Of a stretch of DNA of 36,990 nucleotides, positions 36,920-36,990 are shown piece by piece. Every line of letters starts with the position of its first letter. Within the stretch, counting starts at the first letter, position 1. The translations under genes and the position numbers were made by a program. The notes under the pieces are model-generated. The model had not been told where the DNA came from. It did no database searches and was given only the letters and a program-made list of their open reading frames with translations. The stretch is from an uncultured bacterium (GTDB lineage Bacteria; CAZDME01; JAYEMH01): the NCBI GenBank assembly GCA_964506785.1, contig CAZDME010000005.1, positions 1 to 36,990 on the forward strand, in the 5' to 3' direction.

Positions 36920-36928
36920 ATTGTATCA
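36920..36928 (-). promoter_or_regulatory. Extended -10 promoter implying a leaderless mRNA
   Basis: TGaTACAAT ends 6 nt before ATG 36913. Confidence 0.55.
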
Positions 36929-36952
36929 CATTTCTCCGCCCATCGTAACAAA

Positions 36953-36983
36953 AAAAACTTGCACCTCGGAGGTGCAAGTTTTT
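36953..36983. terminator. REP-like palindrome / possible bidirectional intrinsic terminator
   Basis: AAAAACTTGCACCT-CGG-AGGTGCAAGTTTTT; near-identical to 25273..25298. Confidence 0.75.
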
Positions 36984-36990
36984 GTATCAG

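Overview
Bacterial chromosomal window, probably from a draft or metagenome assembly (two N-gaps). The gene content suggests a PVC-superphylum or related uncultured lineage (inference only). Nearly all genes are on the minus strand. In transcription order: three small membrane/lipoprotein genes; M23 peptidase-bactofilin-VanZ-endonuclease III-like-HDAC-like-DUF1844; glycine cleavage genes gcvT-H-PA-PB, a lipoate ligase, purN and a small zinc-ribbon gene missed by the ORF track; tmk-holB-PSP1-metG-tatD; a hybrid T2SS/type IV pilus locus (non-cleavable GspH paralogue, GspG/H/I/J-like pilins, a 927-aa GspK-like protein with a LamG-like domain, an AAA ATPase, an exported clan GH-A hydrolase with ND in place of NE, PilM-PilN fusion, PilO, PilP-like, TPR-containing secretin); then polA split into two in-frame genes, coaE and rho. 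Two unknown plus-strand genes converge on rho. The most unusual signal is non-coding: many gene junctions carry degenerate 7-8-nt tandem arrays (often two inverted halves) or palindromes with a shared T-CG(G/T)-A centre. Two such elements lie in frame inside proteins (GspH leader, GcvT loop). No rRNA, tRNA, CRISPR array or transposase was recognised.
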